Source: a virus
DNA length: 64,000 nucleotides
Strand: one strand, 5' to 3'
IMG/VR virus record: IMGVR_UViG_3300035670_000179
Span: 2,501 to 66,500 of that record
Positions 46,606-56,380 of this stretch are shown in pieces. Position 1 is the stretch's first letter. Each line of letters begins with the position of its first letter. A program made the position numbers and the translations under genes. The notes below the pieces were generated by a model. It searched no databases. It worked only from the letters and a program-made list of their open reading frames with translations, and was not told the DNA's origin.

Positions 46606-47208
46606 TCACGCAAATGTTCCAGCTATGTTAGTTGCTGCACCAATTGCACCACCAATACCAATATTATTGGCAGCAAGACCAGCAACTTCGCCAGCAAATG
46701 ATGTGAGAGAAAATACTTGAGTTCCAAATGTTCCTAAGACAGTTTCAATTACATTTCCAAAAAGACCATCGACCTTAATTTCAATTGCTTCCATATCAAT
46801 TGTGGTTCCAGCAGTCAGTTTTATATTTCTTCCTGCTTTAATATCAACATCTTCTGCAGCATCTAATATGATATTTTTACCTTTTATTTGGACGGACCCA
46901 TTACCAAGTGCTGTAATTGTTATACTACCATTTAAAGAATTTAATGCAATATCTACACCTTCTTCTTCAGTCTTATTTCCAGCAGTTATTTCAATAGTTC
47001 TATCATTAAGGATTCTAAAGTGTCCTCCTTGCGTTAAACTAATTGATGATTGGTCTTTAGAATTTGTTACACCATAAAAATTATAAACATTTTCGCCATC
47101 AATTCCCATCTGGGGATTGCCAACATCTATTCTAAAATTTGGTCCTAAAGAAAGATAATTTCTTTCCTCCCAATTCTGCTGAGTTCCTGTTTTAAGTCTT
47201 TCTGCCAT
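46606..47208 (-). CDS. gp5 C-terminal/spike-like beta-helix protein
   Basis: I.I.A.NG.I.I.GKNI.L.A...I.I.AG repeats; directly downstream of gp5. Confidence 0.65.
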   Translation of the reverse strand: MAERLKTGTQQNWEERNYLSLGPNFRIDVGNPQMGIDGENVYNFYGVTNSKDQSSISLTQGGHFRILNDRTIEITAGNKTEEEGVDIALNSLNGSITITALGNGSVQIKGKNIILDAAEDVDIKAGRNIKLTAGTTIDMEAIEIKVDGLFGNVIETVLGTFGTQVFSLTSFAGEVAGLAANNIGIGGAIGAATNIAGTFA

Positions 47209-47209
47209 T

Positions 47210-49450
47210 TTAGGAAATACAATCTATGATTTGCGTTAGTTTGGAAATAGATGTGACAATACCAATAGATGCTTTAATTTCAGCTCCAGTACCAGTAGAA
47301 CTTCTAATTCTAATTTCTGGATATTCATCAGAAACAATAGCAACAGGAGATTCTGAAATAAAATTCACAATTCCTCCAGAACTATTTACACCAACACTTA
47401 CAGTCTCTCCAAATCCAGTAACAATAGGTATATCAAATGGATCAACAACAATATCACCAGTCGAATAACCAATTCCAGGTCGTATAATAGTTAGGCTAGC
47501 AATACCAACATTTATGGCAGAACCAACACCGACTGTAATTGTTCTTGGTCTTCTATATTGAGGTGCTAGTGGATCATATCTTAAATTGTTGGGGTCAATT
47601 ACAACTCCACCAGGACCAACTATAGGAACTCTAGAAGAATCTACTTTAGTACTTCCTACTGGGTAATTTTCCCCAATAGAAACCATATAAACTTCAGAAA
47701 CTTTTCCATCTCTAACAATACTTCTAGCAACAGCACCATAACCTTGCTTACTATTATCCACAACTTCTATAAATGGGGGATATCTATAACCCTCTCCAGG
47801 TTCTGTAATTTTTACGCCAATAATACTTGCAGTAATTTGAGCGTCATTAATATCCTGACCTACCTCTGGAACATTACGAACAAATCCACCAAGAATAACT
47901 TCAGCTTTTGCACCAGAACCACCACCACCAAAGATACGAATTTCTGGAATTTCTAACGGTCTTGGTAACTTGAAATTACATTCAGGAATTCCAGTTGCAC
48001 CTCCTGAAGTATTTCCGACTTCACCCTCAGCATCTGCACCAAAAATATCATTAGCAATTCTTCCAATTTCTGCGGATAATTTTGCATTTTCTAAAATTCC
48101 ACCCAAAAGATCGTCCTGATTTTCTGAACTTTTAACTCCTTTACCAACAGTATATTCAGTAAATACGCCACTACATTTTGATGGGTCTTGATTACATCCT
48201 AATAGTGAACCTGCTTTTGCAATTGTATCTACGCTACTAGTAAGTGTTTCATATATATCCATACCTTCAGCAAATAAATCACTAACACCTTCTAATGATG
48301 GTGATACAGCTTCGGTAATTTTTCCAATAATAGTATTCAGTAGAGAACCAGCAAATTGAGTGCCAACGCAAGATACAAAGTTTTCTACATTATTTAAAGT
48401 AGATTCAAGTAATTCCTTTATATCATCATCTAAACTATTTGTTACTTGACCTACAGCACATAATAGACCTTCTTGTAGTCCAAATACTGGTTCAATAAAT
48501 GCTTTTTGTGCTTCAACTCCCGCTAAAATTCCCGCTGCTTCATCTGAATATGAAGAAGCGACCTGATTATAAAGACTACCTAATCCCTCTTGAAGTGAGG
48601 GTATCATAGTCTCTCCAAGAGTTTTAAACATCTGACCAGTAACAGAGTTTGTTAATGCTTTAATTGAAGCAGTTGCTCTGTCTATTTCTAAATCAATATT
48701 TGTAAATGCAGATTGAAAACCAGTAACCTTACCTAATAAATTATTAACTTCTCCAATAATACCTTTGACAGCAGTATCTTCACAAGTATTTGCTAGAGTA
48801 ATTACTCTTCCTATTCCAGTATAAGTTTGAATTTCAGGTTTTAATGGTGGTACTGTCTCATTAAATTCACCAGTTGCTGCAATATTTCTCTCATTAATAA
48901 CTGCAATTTGAGTATTAAGAGCTTCTGCTGCTTCTGCAGGGACATCTCTTGGTGATTTTTGAGATTGAGTATTTTGTTCGTTAGATTCGTCTGGTGCTAA
49001 TGTCCCATTTGGTTTTTCAACTCTTGAGGTGTAACCAGTAAAAGGAACAAATGGGGGAGTTGTTAATGGATTATAATTTTCTTGTGATACTTCTGATGTT
49101 CTTCCAAATACTCCGAGAATGACTGGTATTTGAGCATTATCTCCATCAAGAAAAAATCCAAATACAGAATCTGATGGTCTTAGTTTAGTATTTGTTGCGA
49201 CATTACCAGCACCAGAACCTGCGGTGGTTGGTAAAAGAACCTGTGCCCAAGGTAAATCTTCGTTTGATAATTCTTCTTCGTTAAACGGATGATAACCTAA
49301 AATTCTAACCTTTTGCCTATTTCCCCATCCACCACCATTATTTTGGCTCTCTTGACCAGTCCCAGATTCAAATGGTGCAACTTGCCCAACCCACCATCTA
49401 AATCCATCTCTACCGATGAAATTACTCTTTAATAAAGATTCATCTATCAT
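47210..49450 (-). CDS. gp5: baseplate hub subunit gp5 (OB-fold N-terminus; no T4 lysozyme domain seen)
   Basis: GRDGFRWWVGQV...R.KVRILGYH...LPWA.V..P....G.........VFGFFLDG..AQ.PVILG. Confidence 0.88.
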   Translation of the reverse strand: MIDESLLKSNFIGRDGFRWWVGQVAPFESGTGQESQNNGGGWGNRQKVRILGYHPFNEEELSNEDLPWAQVLLPTTAGSGAGNVATNTKLRPSDSVFGFFLDGDNAQIPVILGVFGRTSEVSQENYNPLTTPPFVPFTGYTSRVEKPNGTLAPDESNEQNTQSQKSPRDVPAEAAEALNTQIAVINERNIAATGEFNETVPPLKPEIQTYTGIGRVITLANTCEDTAVKGIIGEVNNLLGKVTGFQSAFTNIDLEIDRATASIKALTNSVTGQMFKTLGETMIPSLQEGLGSLYNQVASSYSDEAAGILAGVEAQKAFIEPVFGLQEGLLCAVGQVTNSLDDDIKELLESTLNNVENFVSCVGTQFAGSLLNTIIGKITEAVSPSLEGVSDLFAEGMDIYETLTSSVDTIAKAGSLLGCNQDPSKCSGVFTEYTVGKGVKSSENQDDLLGGILENAKLSAEIGRIANDIFGADAEGEVGNTSGGATGIPECNFKLPRPLEIPEIRIFGGGGSGAKAEVILGGFVRNVPEVGQDINDAQITASIIGVKITEPGEGYRYPPFIEVVDNSKQGYGAVARSIVRDGKVSEVYMVSIGENYPVGSTKVDSSRVPIVGPGGVVIDPNNLRYDPLAPQYRRPRTITVGVGSAINVGIASLTIIRPGIGYSTGDIVVDPFDIPIVTGFGETVSVGVNSSGGIVNFISESPVAIVSDEYPEIRIRSSTGTGAEIKASIGIVTSISKLTQIIDCIS

Positions 49451-50772
49451 AGATTTTGCCTTCCAAAGGTATCTCTAATAAGTTTTAATGATGTATATGA
49501 ATTTTCAGCATCAAAATGATGACAAAGTTCTTTTATGATATATAGACCACTTATTTCAGGGTCATATTCTTGCTTATCGACGCTTTCACTTGTCTTAGGA
49601 AATAAGCATTCTATAGAATCTCCTGCATTTAAATCTAAATTACAGGGAACCATAATATTTATGGCCTGTGTCAAAAGCAGATTATATCTCATCAGAGATT
49701 GTGATTGGTATTTTTCTGGGTCAGAATTTAAACCTTTTGTAACCTCTTGGTCAGTTGTTCCAATATCTAGTATTTGGGTAAAAATTCTTGTTGGTATATC
49801 ACCTAAGGTCTGATTTGAACCATCAGAGACCTTAGGTAATTTTGGTTTACTTCCTAGGGTTTTAACTTTGTTCTTATAATCGCTGAAACTATACTGACCT
49901 TCTTGAGGAGAAGTTACATTAAAATTAACAGGATTGAAAAACATTCTTTGACTTGCATAAGCACCTAGTCTTAGTTTTTCTAAAAGATTTTGGTTTCTAT
50001 CTACATAATAATTCAATATATGAAATTCTTTATCAATTTTTTCTAGACCATCAAAAGATTCGCCAGTAAGAATATACTGATATGTTGCTTTCTTTTCCTG
50101 AGTGATTAAACCATCTAAAGACCTAAAATTAAATCCTTCTTTTGTTTGATAGAATACAAATCCAGCGTTAGAATCTTTTTCATCAGGAACTGCCTTTGAT
50201 GCCAACCAAACTAAAACAGTAAATGGTTTTCTAAGATTGCCAATAAAACCATAAGGATTAGAAGTTTTATCCACCTGATTGATTTTATTTGCTACTAAGT
50301 ATTCTTCAAGTATACTAGTTACAGATTCATCTATTCTAAGGTCTGATGGATATTTTTTTACTACACGAATTGTTTCATTTGTAATCGCTTCTCTAGATAC
50401 TAAATTTAATGTAAAACTTTCTCTTGTTGTGTCTACTACTACATCAGTAATACTGGAGACATAAAGATATCTTTCTGGTGTTGTAAAATCTAAAGAACTT
50501 TTAACATTACTTGAGTTAGGAGCAACTTTTAATACCAGTCTTTCGCCACCTCTTAATGGTAAACCATTATAAATTGACTGCTTATCCTTAGAACCTTTAG
50601 GTGGAGTTATAGTGTTCCCCACGTTCATAATTTTTAATTTGGCAGTAATTGTTGGAGAAAAAATATCCTCATAATAGTCAAAAATTACTGCACCCTGAGA
50701 AATATCTACAGTTCTTGACTGGTCATTTGATTCTAATATTAAGGTTTCGTAAACGGATTTTTGTAATGCCAT
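49447..50772 (-). CDS. baseplate hub protein (gp27/late-control-D-like)
   Basis: Position before gp5; YYEDIFSP; FYQTKEGFNF.S.D; SGLYII.ELCH.F...T.L.LIRD. Confidence 0.65.
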   Translation of the reverse strand: MALQKSVYETLILESNDQSRTVDISQGAVIFDYYEDIFSPTITAKLKIMNVGNTITPPKGSKDKQSIYNGLPLRGGERLVLKVAPNSSNVKSSLDFTTPERYLYVSSITDVVVDTTRESFTLNLVSREAITNETIRVVKKYPSDLRIDESVTSILEEYLVANKINQVDKTSNPYGFIGNLRKPFTVLVWLASKAVPDEKDSNAGFVFYQTKEGFNFRSLDGLITQEKKATYQYILTGESFDGLEKIDKEFHILNYYVDRNQNLLEKLRLGAYASQRMFFNPVNFNVTSPQEGQYSFSDYKNKVKTLGSKPKLPKVSDGSNQTLGDIPTRIFTQILDIGTTDQEVTKGLNSDPEKYQSQSLMRYNLLLTQAINIMVPCNLDLNAGDSIECLFPKTSESVDKQEYDPEISGLYIIKELCHHFDAENSYTSLKLIRDTFGRQNL

Positions 50773-52823
50773 TAGACGTAAGATAAATCCAAGAGAAGTT
50801 TTTGTTTCATAAAGTTATTTAACAAGGTTCCCATAGAGACTGAAGATTTTGTAACCGAAGGCATCATAGGACCTTGAGACATTTGTGGTGCTGGAGACGA
50901 TTGTTCTGGTATAAAGGCAAATATCTCTGCTGGTTTGTTTACTGGAGTTAGTGATTGAAAAAGTGTTTGTTTAGATTGCTGTGATGGGGTTTGAGATATT
51001 TGTGCTGGTGGTGGGGTTTGTGCTTGTGGTTGTGGAGATACTTGTGCTGGTGATGGGGATTGTTGTTGAGGTTGTTGTGTTACTTGTCCTGGAGAAATTT
51101 TACTTGCAGAAGAACCAGCTGCACCGTGAGAAACAGTAATTCCTCTACTACCTATAATTTCAGCTTCTCTACCATATCCACCTCTAGAATAAACTTCACC
51201 AACTGCAAATGGGAATTTAGTAGCAGAACCTGGCTGGGAAGGAAAAGTACGTTTTACATTTGGATTAATTTCTTGAATATCAACTCCAGCACTACTTCTT
51301 GCATCATGAGCTCTTTGTTCTGCTGCAATTTGGTTTCTAAGTGTTCCATCATTTTTAGATGCATATTGATTTAAATTTCCAAACCATACGGTAGAACCTC
51401 TTGCAAGCATTACTTTTACTGCTTGGAAAGATACCTCTCTAATATTTGCTAGTTCTTCTTGTGTTGGATTTGCATTCTTAGAATCAATATGAAAGTGTGT
51501 AGCATATTGTGCTTCACCTTTACTTCCAGAACCACCTTGAATAAAACCACCAGCACCTGTTTGAGGTATCAACTTCATAGTACCTGCTGATACTGCTCTG
51601 GATGGTGAGGGTGAGGATGGTTGTGATTGTTGTGGTTTTGAACCTTCTTTTTGCAAATATTCGTAAGCAATTTTAGATGCTTTCCAACGGTCTCCAAGTT
51701 CTCCCCAAACAATATATCTATAAGATGCTTTTTTTAGTTCTTCATCAGTTGAATTTGGATTCATAAAAACCTTTAAAACACCATCAGACCCACTATTGTA
51801 ATATGGCAAAGACATCTCATGTTTAATCCAATCAATTTGCTCTGAAGCACTTGCGGTTTCTAAAGGTTTTCCTAAAAATTTCTCAGCAGCAACAATTCTA
51901 GACCTATTCCAACTAATTAGTCCTTTATTAATTCCAGCTCCATCATTTAATATCCAGGGTTTTCTTTTTGCTTGCCACACAGATTCTGTCTGTATATTTC
52001 CTGCCAAATATGCAGCTGCCTTAGGTGGAAACCCTTTTTGTGTCAATAATTTAGCACCATCTTTTAAATTTGTAGGATTTGGACCAACTGAACTAGAAGT
52101 AGAACCAGAAGAAGTATCACCATAAGCACCCATGTCTTCAGGAGTACTTCCAAATGGAGGGATTTCTTGACCACTATAAGAACCTATTTGCGTACCATCT
52201 TCAGTAGTTTGAGTTAAAGGTGTAGTAATTAATTTTACTCCTGCCTCTAGTTCACTTCCCATATCATTAATTGAATCGACAAGTTCATCAAATGAATTTC
52301 TTATTCTATTTGAATCATCAAATAAATCAAAGTTTTTTAAATTTTCAATTGCTCCAGTAATCAAACTATATGAGGATTGAAAAACTCTAATTGCTCCTGT
52401 TACAAAACTACCAATAATTCTTCCAGCTTCCTGAAGTCTAGCAATAAATTCCTTTGCCATTCCTTCCCAAGTTGGGAGATTTTTAATAACCCAACCAGCA
52501 GCAAGATATCCTAGAGTATTTACAATTCTGTCAATAAAACTTCCAGTACCATCAACAATACTAGGTTTTGAAGTTATATTTGGAGAAGAAGCAATTTGTT
52601 TTGCTTCCAATTCATCTTCTTGCTCTTGCCTTATAGTAGCATACTCTCTTTTTTTTCTTTCCGTAAGAATTTGTGAACTTATTTTTTCTCTATCCTCAGT
52701 TCTTTCCTTCAATAACTTTGAAAGATTGGTAAGAGAAGTTTGAGTATTAAGTAAAGTTTTTTGAGACTTCTTAATACTTTCATTAAAATTAGTTCTTTTT
52801 GGTAATAAGGTAGTTTGTGCCAT
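50772..52823 (-). CDS. tail-associated lytic/tape-measure-like protein with phage-tail-lysozyme and M23-like domains
   Basis: Coiled coil plus hydrophobic segment; AAAYLAGNIQTES...GLISWN..R...EQIDWI.HE; HFH and H....AGVD motifs. Confidence 0.75.
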   Translation of the reverse strand: MAQTTLLPKRTNFNESIKKSQKTLLNTQTSLTNLSKLLKERTEDREKISSQILTERKKREYATIRQEQEDELEAKQIASSPNITSKPSIVDGTGSFIDRIVNTLGYLAAGWVIKNLPTWEGMAKEFIARLQEAGRIIGSFVTGAIRVFQSSYSLITGAIENLKNFDLFDDSNRIRNSFDELVDSINDMGSELEAGVKLITTPLTQTTEDGTQIGSYSGQEIPPFGSTPEDMGAYGDTSSGSTSSSVGPNPTNLKDGAKLLTQKGFPPKAAAYLAGNIQTESVWQAKRKPWILNDGAGINKGLISWNRSRIVAAEKFLGKPLETASASEQIDWIKHEMSLPYYNSGSDGVLKVFMNPNSTDEELKKASYRYIVWGELGDRWKASKIAYEYLQKEGSKPQQSQPSSPSPSRAVSAGTMKLIPQTGAGGFIQGGSGSKGEAQYATHFHIDSKNANPTQEELANIREVSFQAVKVMLARGSTVWFGNLNQYASKNDGTLRNQIAAEQRAHDARSSAGVDIQEINPNVKRTFPSQPGSATKFPFAVGEVYSRGGYGREAEIIGSRGITVSHGAAGSSASKISPGQVTQQPQQQSPSPAQVSPQPQAQTPPPAQISQTPSQQSKQTLFQSLTPVNKPAEIFAFIPEQSSPAPQMSQGPMMPSVTKSSVSMGTLLNNFMKQKLLLDLSYV

Positions 52824-52824
52824 A

Positions 52825-54600
52825 TTACATTACCACATTATAATTTAATTGTGAGTAAAGCACATAAAAATTATCTGGATTTGATGATGAAATAAGTGGA
52901 ACATCAGTCACAGTCGGTGACATAGGAGGAGTTGTTGGTTTTTGTTGGGGAGCACTAGAGACTATCACATTTGGTGGTGGTTCTTTTGGAGGTTCCATCG
53001 CAGGAGGTGTCGATGGTTTAGCCTGTATCATATCAGGTTTCGCAGTAATCTGTTGAAGTTTAGAAGTATCCACTTTCATTTTTTCAGTTTCCATCAAAAA
53101 TGGTGGAGTATCCGTTTTACCTTCAAGATAATCTATTTCATCTTGTGTCAGTTCTAATTCTTCATAAGTCATTCCTTTTTTCAATCCATCAGAAATCATA
53201 TTCCAATAATCACGTTCTGATTCCCAATATTTTTCTTCTTTTGATTTTTCACCTTCAGGTATAAATGCCAAGTCTTTTGATTCTGGCATCATTGGTTTTT
53301 TTGGTTCATATTTTTCTTTCTTTTCGTTCTCTTTCATAGAGATATTTAATGTTTGATTCTGACCAGAAGGAATCATAGTAGATGTTGGAGTACTTTCTGC
53401 TAATTTTTTAGATTCTTCTGTAGGTACTTTTTGTTCTGGTGGAGTTTTTGACTCAGCCATACTCTCCATATTTGCTGGTAAATTTGGTGGTGTATTTTTT
53501 GAATCAGTACCAGAAGGTTGTGGAGAATTTACTTTTAGGTCTTGAACTTTTGGTTGTTGTGGTTGTGCTTCTGGTGGTTTATTTCCACCTCTTGGCGTAT
53601 TGCCAATTATACCAGCACCTCCACGAAAACCGGGAGCAAAGCTTTCAACCATCTCATCGGCAAATGAAGCAAGTCTAGCAGCACCTCCGATAGGTCCAGG
53701 AGCAAATCCAAGAGCATTTGTAGCGGCATCGGCATATTCTCCGCTTTTCAAATTCATGCCAGCACCAATAGCACTAAACATACCACCAAATATTCCAGGT
53801 CCTCTGCCACCAGAACCTCCAGAAGGTTTAGGACTTGCTGGACTTGGTGGTGATTTTTTTCCTCCACTAAGCATAGATCCTAAACCAGCAGCTGCTGCTC
53901 CTGCTGCTTTAAAAGGAAGTTTAATTGCATTCAAAGTCAAACTAGTAACAGTTCTAATTACTGCACCTATGGCAGTTTTTACTAAACCTAATCCAAACTT
54001 TATAGAAGCAATTACTCCTACACCAATACCAATATTAGATAATAAACTATTTTTAATATCATTTAACGCCTTTTCATCTTTATTTCGCCAAGCATTTAAT
54101 GCTTTAATTCCTTGAAGACCTAACCACCCAAGAAAAAGGCTTGTTAAAGCATTAGCAACGTTTCCAAATATATTTTCTACTTTATTTGATAATGCTTGAA
54201 TAGGAGCAGATATTGCATTCCTTATTTTTTGTTCTAATTGATTTTCAGAATCAATTCTTATTTTTCTTTGAGTACTTTGTACTTCCTGTTTTTGTTCTTT
54301 TGCTAAAAGATTTTGTTCAGATTGAGTATCTGCTTGTATAAGTTTATATACATTAGCAATATTTTGAGAAAGAGTATTAATCTGATTTTGTAAGCTTTGA
54401 AATTGCTGCTGTATTCCCGTTAAAGTAGTTTGATTTTGTTGCTGAGATTCTGCAAACTTCTTAGATTGCTCTGCAATCTCAGTCTTATACCCAATATCAG
54501 TTCCCCTAAAACTAGAAGAAGATACTCTAGAAGAACTAAAAAATGAGTTTCGGTTTTCTCTAGATAAGGGAGAACCTGTTAGTGGGTCTACTTCAGCCAT
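52825..54600 (-). CDS. tape-measure-like protein
   Basis: Long coiled coil, G/A-rich hydrophobic middle, P-rich tail; directly downstream of gp26/gp51. Confidence 0.6.
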   Translation of the reverse strand: MAEVDPLTGSPLSRENRNSFFSSSRVSSSSFRGTDIGYKTEIAEQSKKFAESQQQNQTTLTGIQQQFQSLQNQINTLSQNIANVYKLIQADTQSEQNLLAKEQKQEVQSTQRKIRIDSENQLEQKIRNAISAPIQALSNKVENIFGNVANALTSLFLGWLGLQGIKALNAWRNKDEKALNDIKNSLLSNIGIGVGVIASIKFGLGLVKTAIGAVIRTVTSLTLNAIKLPFKAAGAAAAGLGSMLSGGKKSPPSPASPKPSGGSGGRGPGIFGGMFSAIGAGMNLKSGEYADAATNALGFAPGPIGGAARLASFADEMVESFAPGFRGGAGIIGNTPRGGNKPPEAQPQQPKVQDLKVNSPQPSGTDSKNTPPNLPANMESMAESKTPPEQKVPTEESKKLAESTPTSTMIPSGQNQTLNISMKENEKKEKYEPKKPMMPESKDLAFIPEGEKSKEEKYWESERDYWNMISDGLKKGMTYEELELTQDEIDYLEGKTDTPPFLMETEKMKVDTSKLQQITAKPDMIQAKPSTPPAMEPPKEPPPNVIVSSAPQQKPTTPPMSPTVTDVPLISSSNPDNFYVLYSQLNYNVVM

Positions 54601-54769
54601 TTGCTACACTATTTTTGAGATTTTGCTCTTCAATATATTGCTGTAGAAGTGCAATATAAACATCTCTCTCCCAAGGTATCATATTTTCTAACTCTGTCAA
54701 AGAGTATTTATGATGTTGCATTAATGCAAAATTAACTTGATAATATGACACAAGACTTTCATGTGCCAT
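54593..54769 (-). CDS. gp51: baseplate hub assembly catalyst gp51 (short form; possibly expressed as a gp26 -1 frameshift fusion)
   Basis: YYQVNFALMQHHKYSLTELENMIPWERDVYIALL; read by hand. Confidence 0.85.
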   Translation of the reverse strand: MAHESLVSYYQVNFALMQHHKYSLTELENMIPWERDVYIALLQQYIEEQNLKNSVANG

Positions 54770-54771
54770 TC

Positions 54772-55488
54772 CTAGGCGAAAAAAGATGTTAATCCCTCCA
54801 ATACAACTTCACTCTCAACACCAGTATTTGGATTCTTTATTTTTAATTTATGAGATAACTTAGGCATAGTTTGGAAGAATGTTTCAATTTCCTTAAACTG
54901 ACTTGAACTTAGTTGGTCTATGAACTCAACCAATTCTTTTTTAGTGCATTCTGACGCAGACCAAGACTCTTCTTCATTATAAACTTGATCCATACAAGAA
55001 CAAATCAAATCAAAAGTATCTTCAACTCCTACATCACCCCCGGCAAAGTTAGTTTTAATAAACTCTTCCATAGAAGGATATTTCATTCTAAGAACTAGAG
55101 AATCATCTAACTTAATATCTCTAGAATGTTTAGGATCAATAGTTACTTCTATTTCTTCTAGATTGATAGTTACAGGAACTCTAGTACTTCCATCATCAGG
55201 ACAAGTAATCAAAACCTCAACAGTTTCTCCTACAGATTTTCCTCTAATGTTAAGAAAAATATATTCAATATCAAAAGTTGCAAGTTGATTGACCTTTATT
55301 CCACGAGTAAGAATACAATTTGAAATTACAGTTTTGACTGCTTCTGCAATTTGACTTGCATCTTCACTTTCCTGAGCGATGATAAGAATTTTTTCTTCCT
55401 TAACTAAAAAAGGTCTATACTTTATAGTTTTCTTAGTAGATGGTATAGTCAACTCATAAGTTGGAGTTGCAATCTTTGGTAATGGCAT
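54772..55488 (-). CDS. gp26: baseplate hub subunit/assembly chaperone gp26
   Basis: MPLPKI.TPTY.L..PST...YRPFLVKEEKIL...FDIEY.FL.IR.KSVGE...CPDD...LEGL.SFF. Confidence 0.92.
   Translation of the reverse strand: MPLPKIATPTYELTIPSTKKTIKYRPFLVKEEKILIIAQESEDASQIAEAVKTVISNCILTRGIKVNQLATFDIEYIFLNIRGKSVGETVEVLITCPDDGSTRVPVTINLEEIEVTIDPKHSRDIKLDDSLVLRMKYPSMEEFIKTNFAGGDVGVEDTFDLICSCMDQVYNEEESWSASECTKKELVEFIDQLSSSQFKEIETFFQTMPKLSHKLKIKNPNTGVESEVVLEGLTSFFA
54778..54799 (-). other. candidate programmed -1 frameshift site (SD GGAGG + N10 + T_TTT_TTC)
   Basis: GGAGG-GATTAACATC-TTTTTTC-GCC-TAG; the -1 frame reads F-F-R-L-G-M(gp51). Confidence 0.65.
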
Positions 55489-55514
55489 AATTTAACTCTT
55501 TAATTTTATTTTAT

Positions 55515-56345
55515 TTAGAATATAGAATTGACGACATTTGCTGCATTCGATACTGCATTTGCAACTCCATTAGCGGCATCTACAATATTACTAAATCCTA
55601 GTTGTTCACTTAATGAGTCTGTTTTTCCTACGATGTATCTATCAAAGCTAAAAGATGCACTTACCTTTAATATTTGAGAATCTGCATAACTAACTCCAAT
55701 CGGATTTAATGCAATCGGAAATAACCCAACAAAGTTATAAATTAATTCTCTTTTATAATCCCTATCAAATTTTACAATTCTAGTTGCATTTGATTTATAA
55801 TCTTCAGGATATTGCATTCTTACATGATAATTTTCTTGATTTTGAAAATTCATATTAGCAACAGTATACGAACCACTAGAAATAAATTCCATCCAACTTT
55901 CTAAGAATATCAAAGACTTATAGTTTTTATCAACATAAAAATCCAAACTTATTTGTTGATACATTTTATAATTAGCAAATGTCTCACTAACACCAGTATA
56001 ATTTCCTTCAGCCTTTGAAGAGGAAAAAGAAGTTGTTGGTAATGATGCTGAATTACATAACAGACCAACATCATCTGTTACAAAAGAAGATGTAACATTT
56101 TTTGCTGCTAAGTAAGTTTTTAATGCATCAGGAATACCACCAAACTGAACCTCATAATGGGTTGTTTGTGCTAGATTAGTTAATAGTGGTTTAAAATCAC
56201 TTATATTTTTTCTTGGAGATGGGGCACCTAATTCTTTTATTTTCCAAACTCCATGCCTATCTTCAGTTACAGACTTTCTAGTATCATCAACACTATCGAA
56301 ATTCCTATTTTTTTCCCACTCAAATGGTCCTGGTCCTTGGGGCAT
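55515..56345 (-). CDS. tail tube/baseplate tube initiator-like protein (gp19/gp54 family)
   Basis: LAQT.HYEV.F...LLC.SASLP...FYVD..Y....F.E.W...FP.....VSY....LKV...F...RY. Confidence 0.75.
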   Translation of the reverse strand: MPQGPGPFEWEKNRNFDSVDDTRKSVTEDRHGVWKIKELGAPSPRKNISDFKPLLTNLAQTTHYEVQFGGIPDALKTYLAAKNVTSSFVTDDVGLLCNSASLPTTSFSSSKAEGNYTGVSETFANYKMYQQISLDFYVDKNYKSLIFLESWMEFISSGSYTVANMNFQNQENYHVRMQYPEDYKSNATRIVKFDRDYKRELIYNFVGLFPIALNPIGVSYADSQILKVSASFSFDRYIVGKTDSLSEQLGFSNIVDAANGVANAVSNAANVVNSIF

Positions 56346-56380
56346 TTCTAAATAGTATGAAAGAATCTATACTATGTATA

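Noticed and set aside
47200-47220. Frameshift or readthrough joining gp5 and the downstream spike-like gene
   Set aside because: Junction ATT TCC TAA A ATG has no slippery heptamer; ordinary translational coupling explains it.
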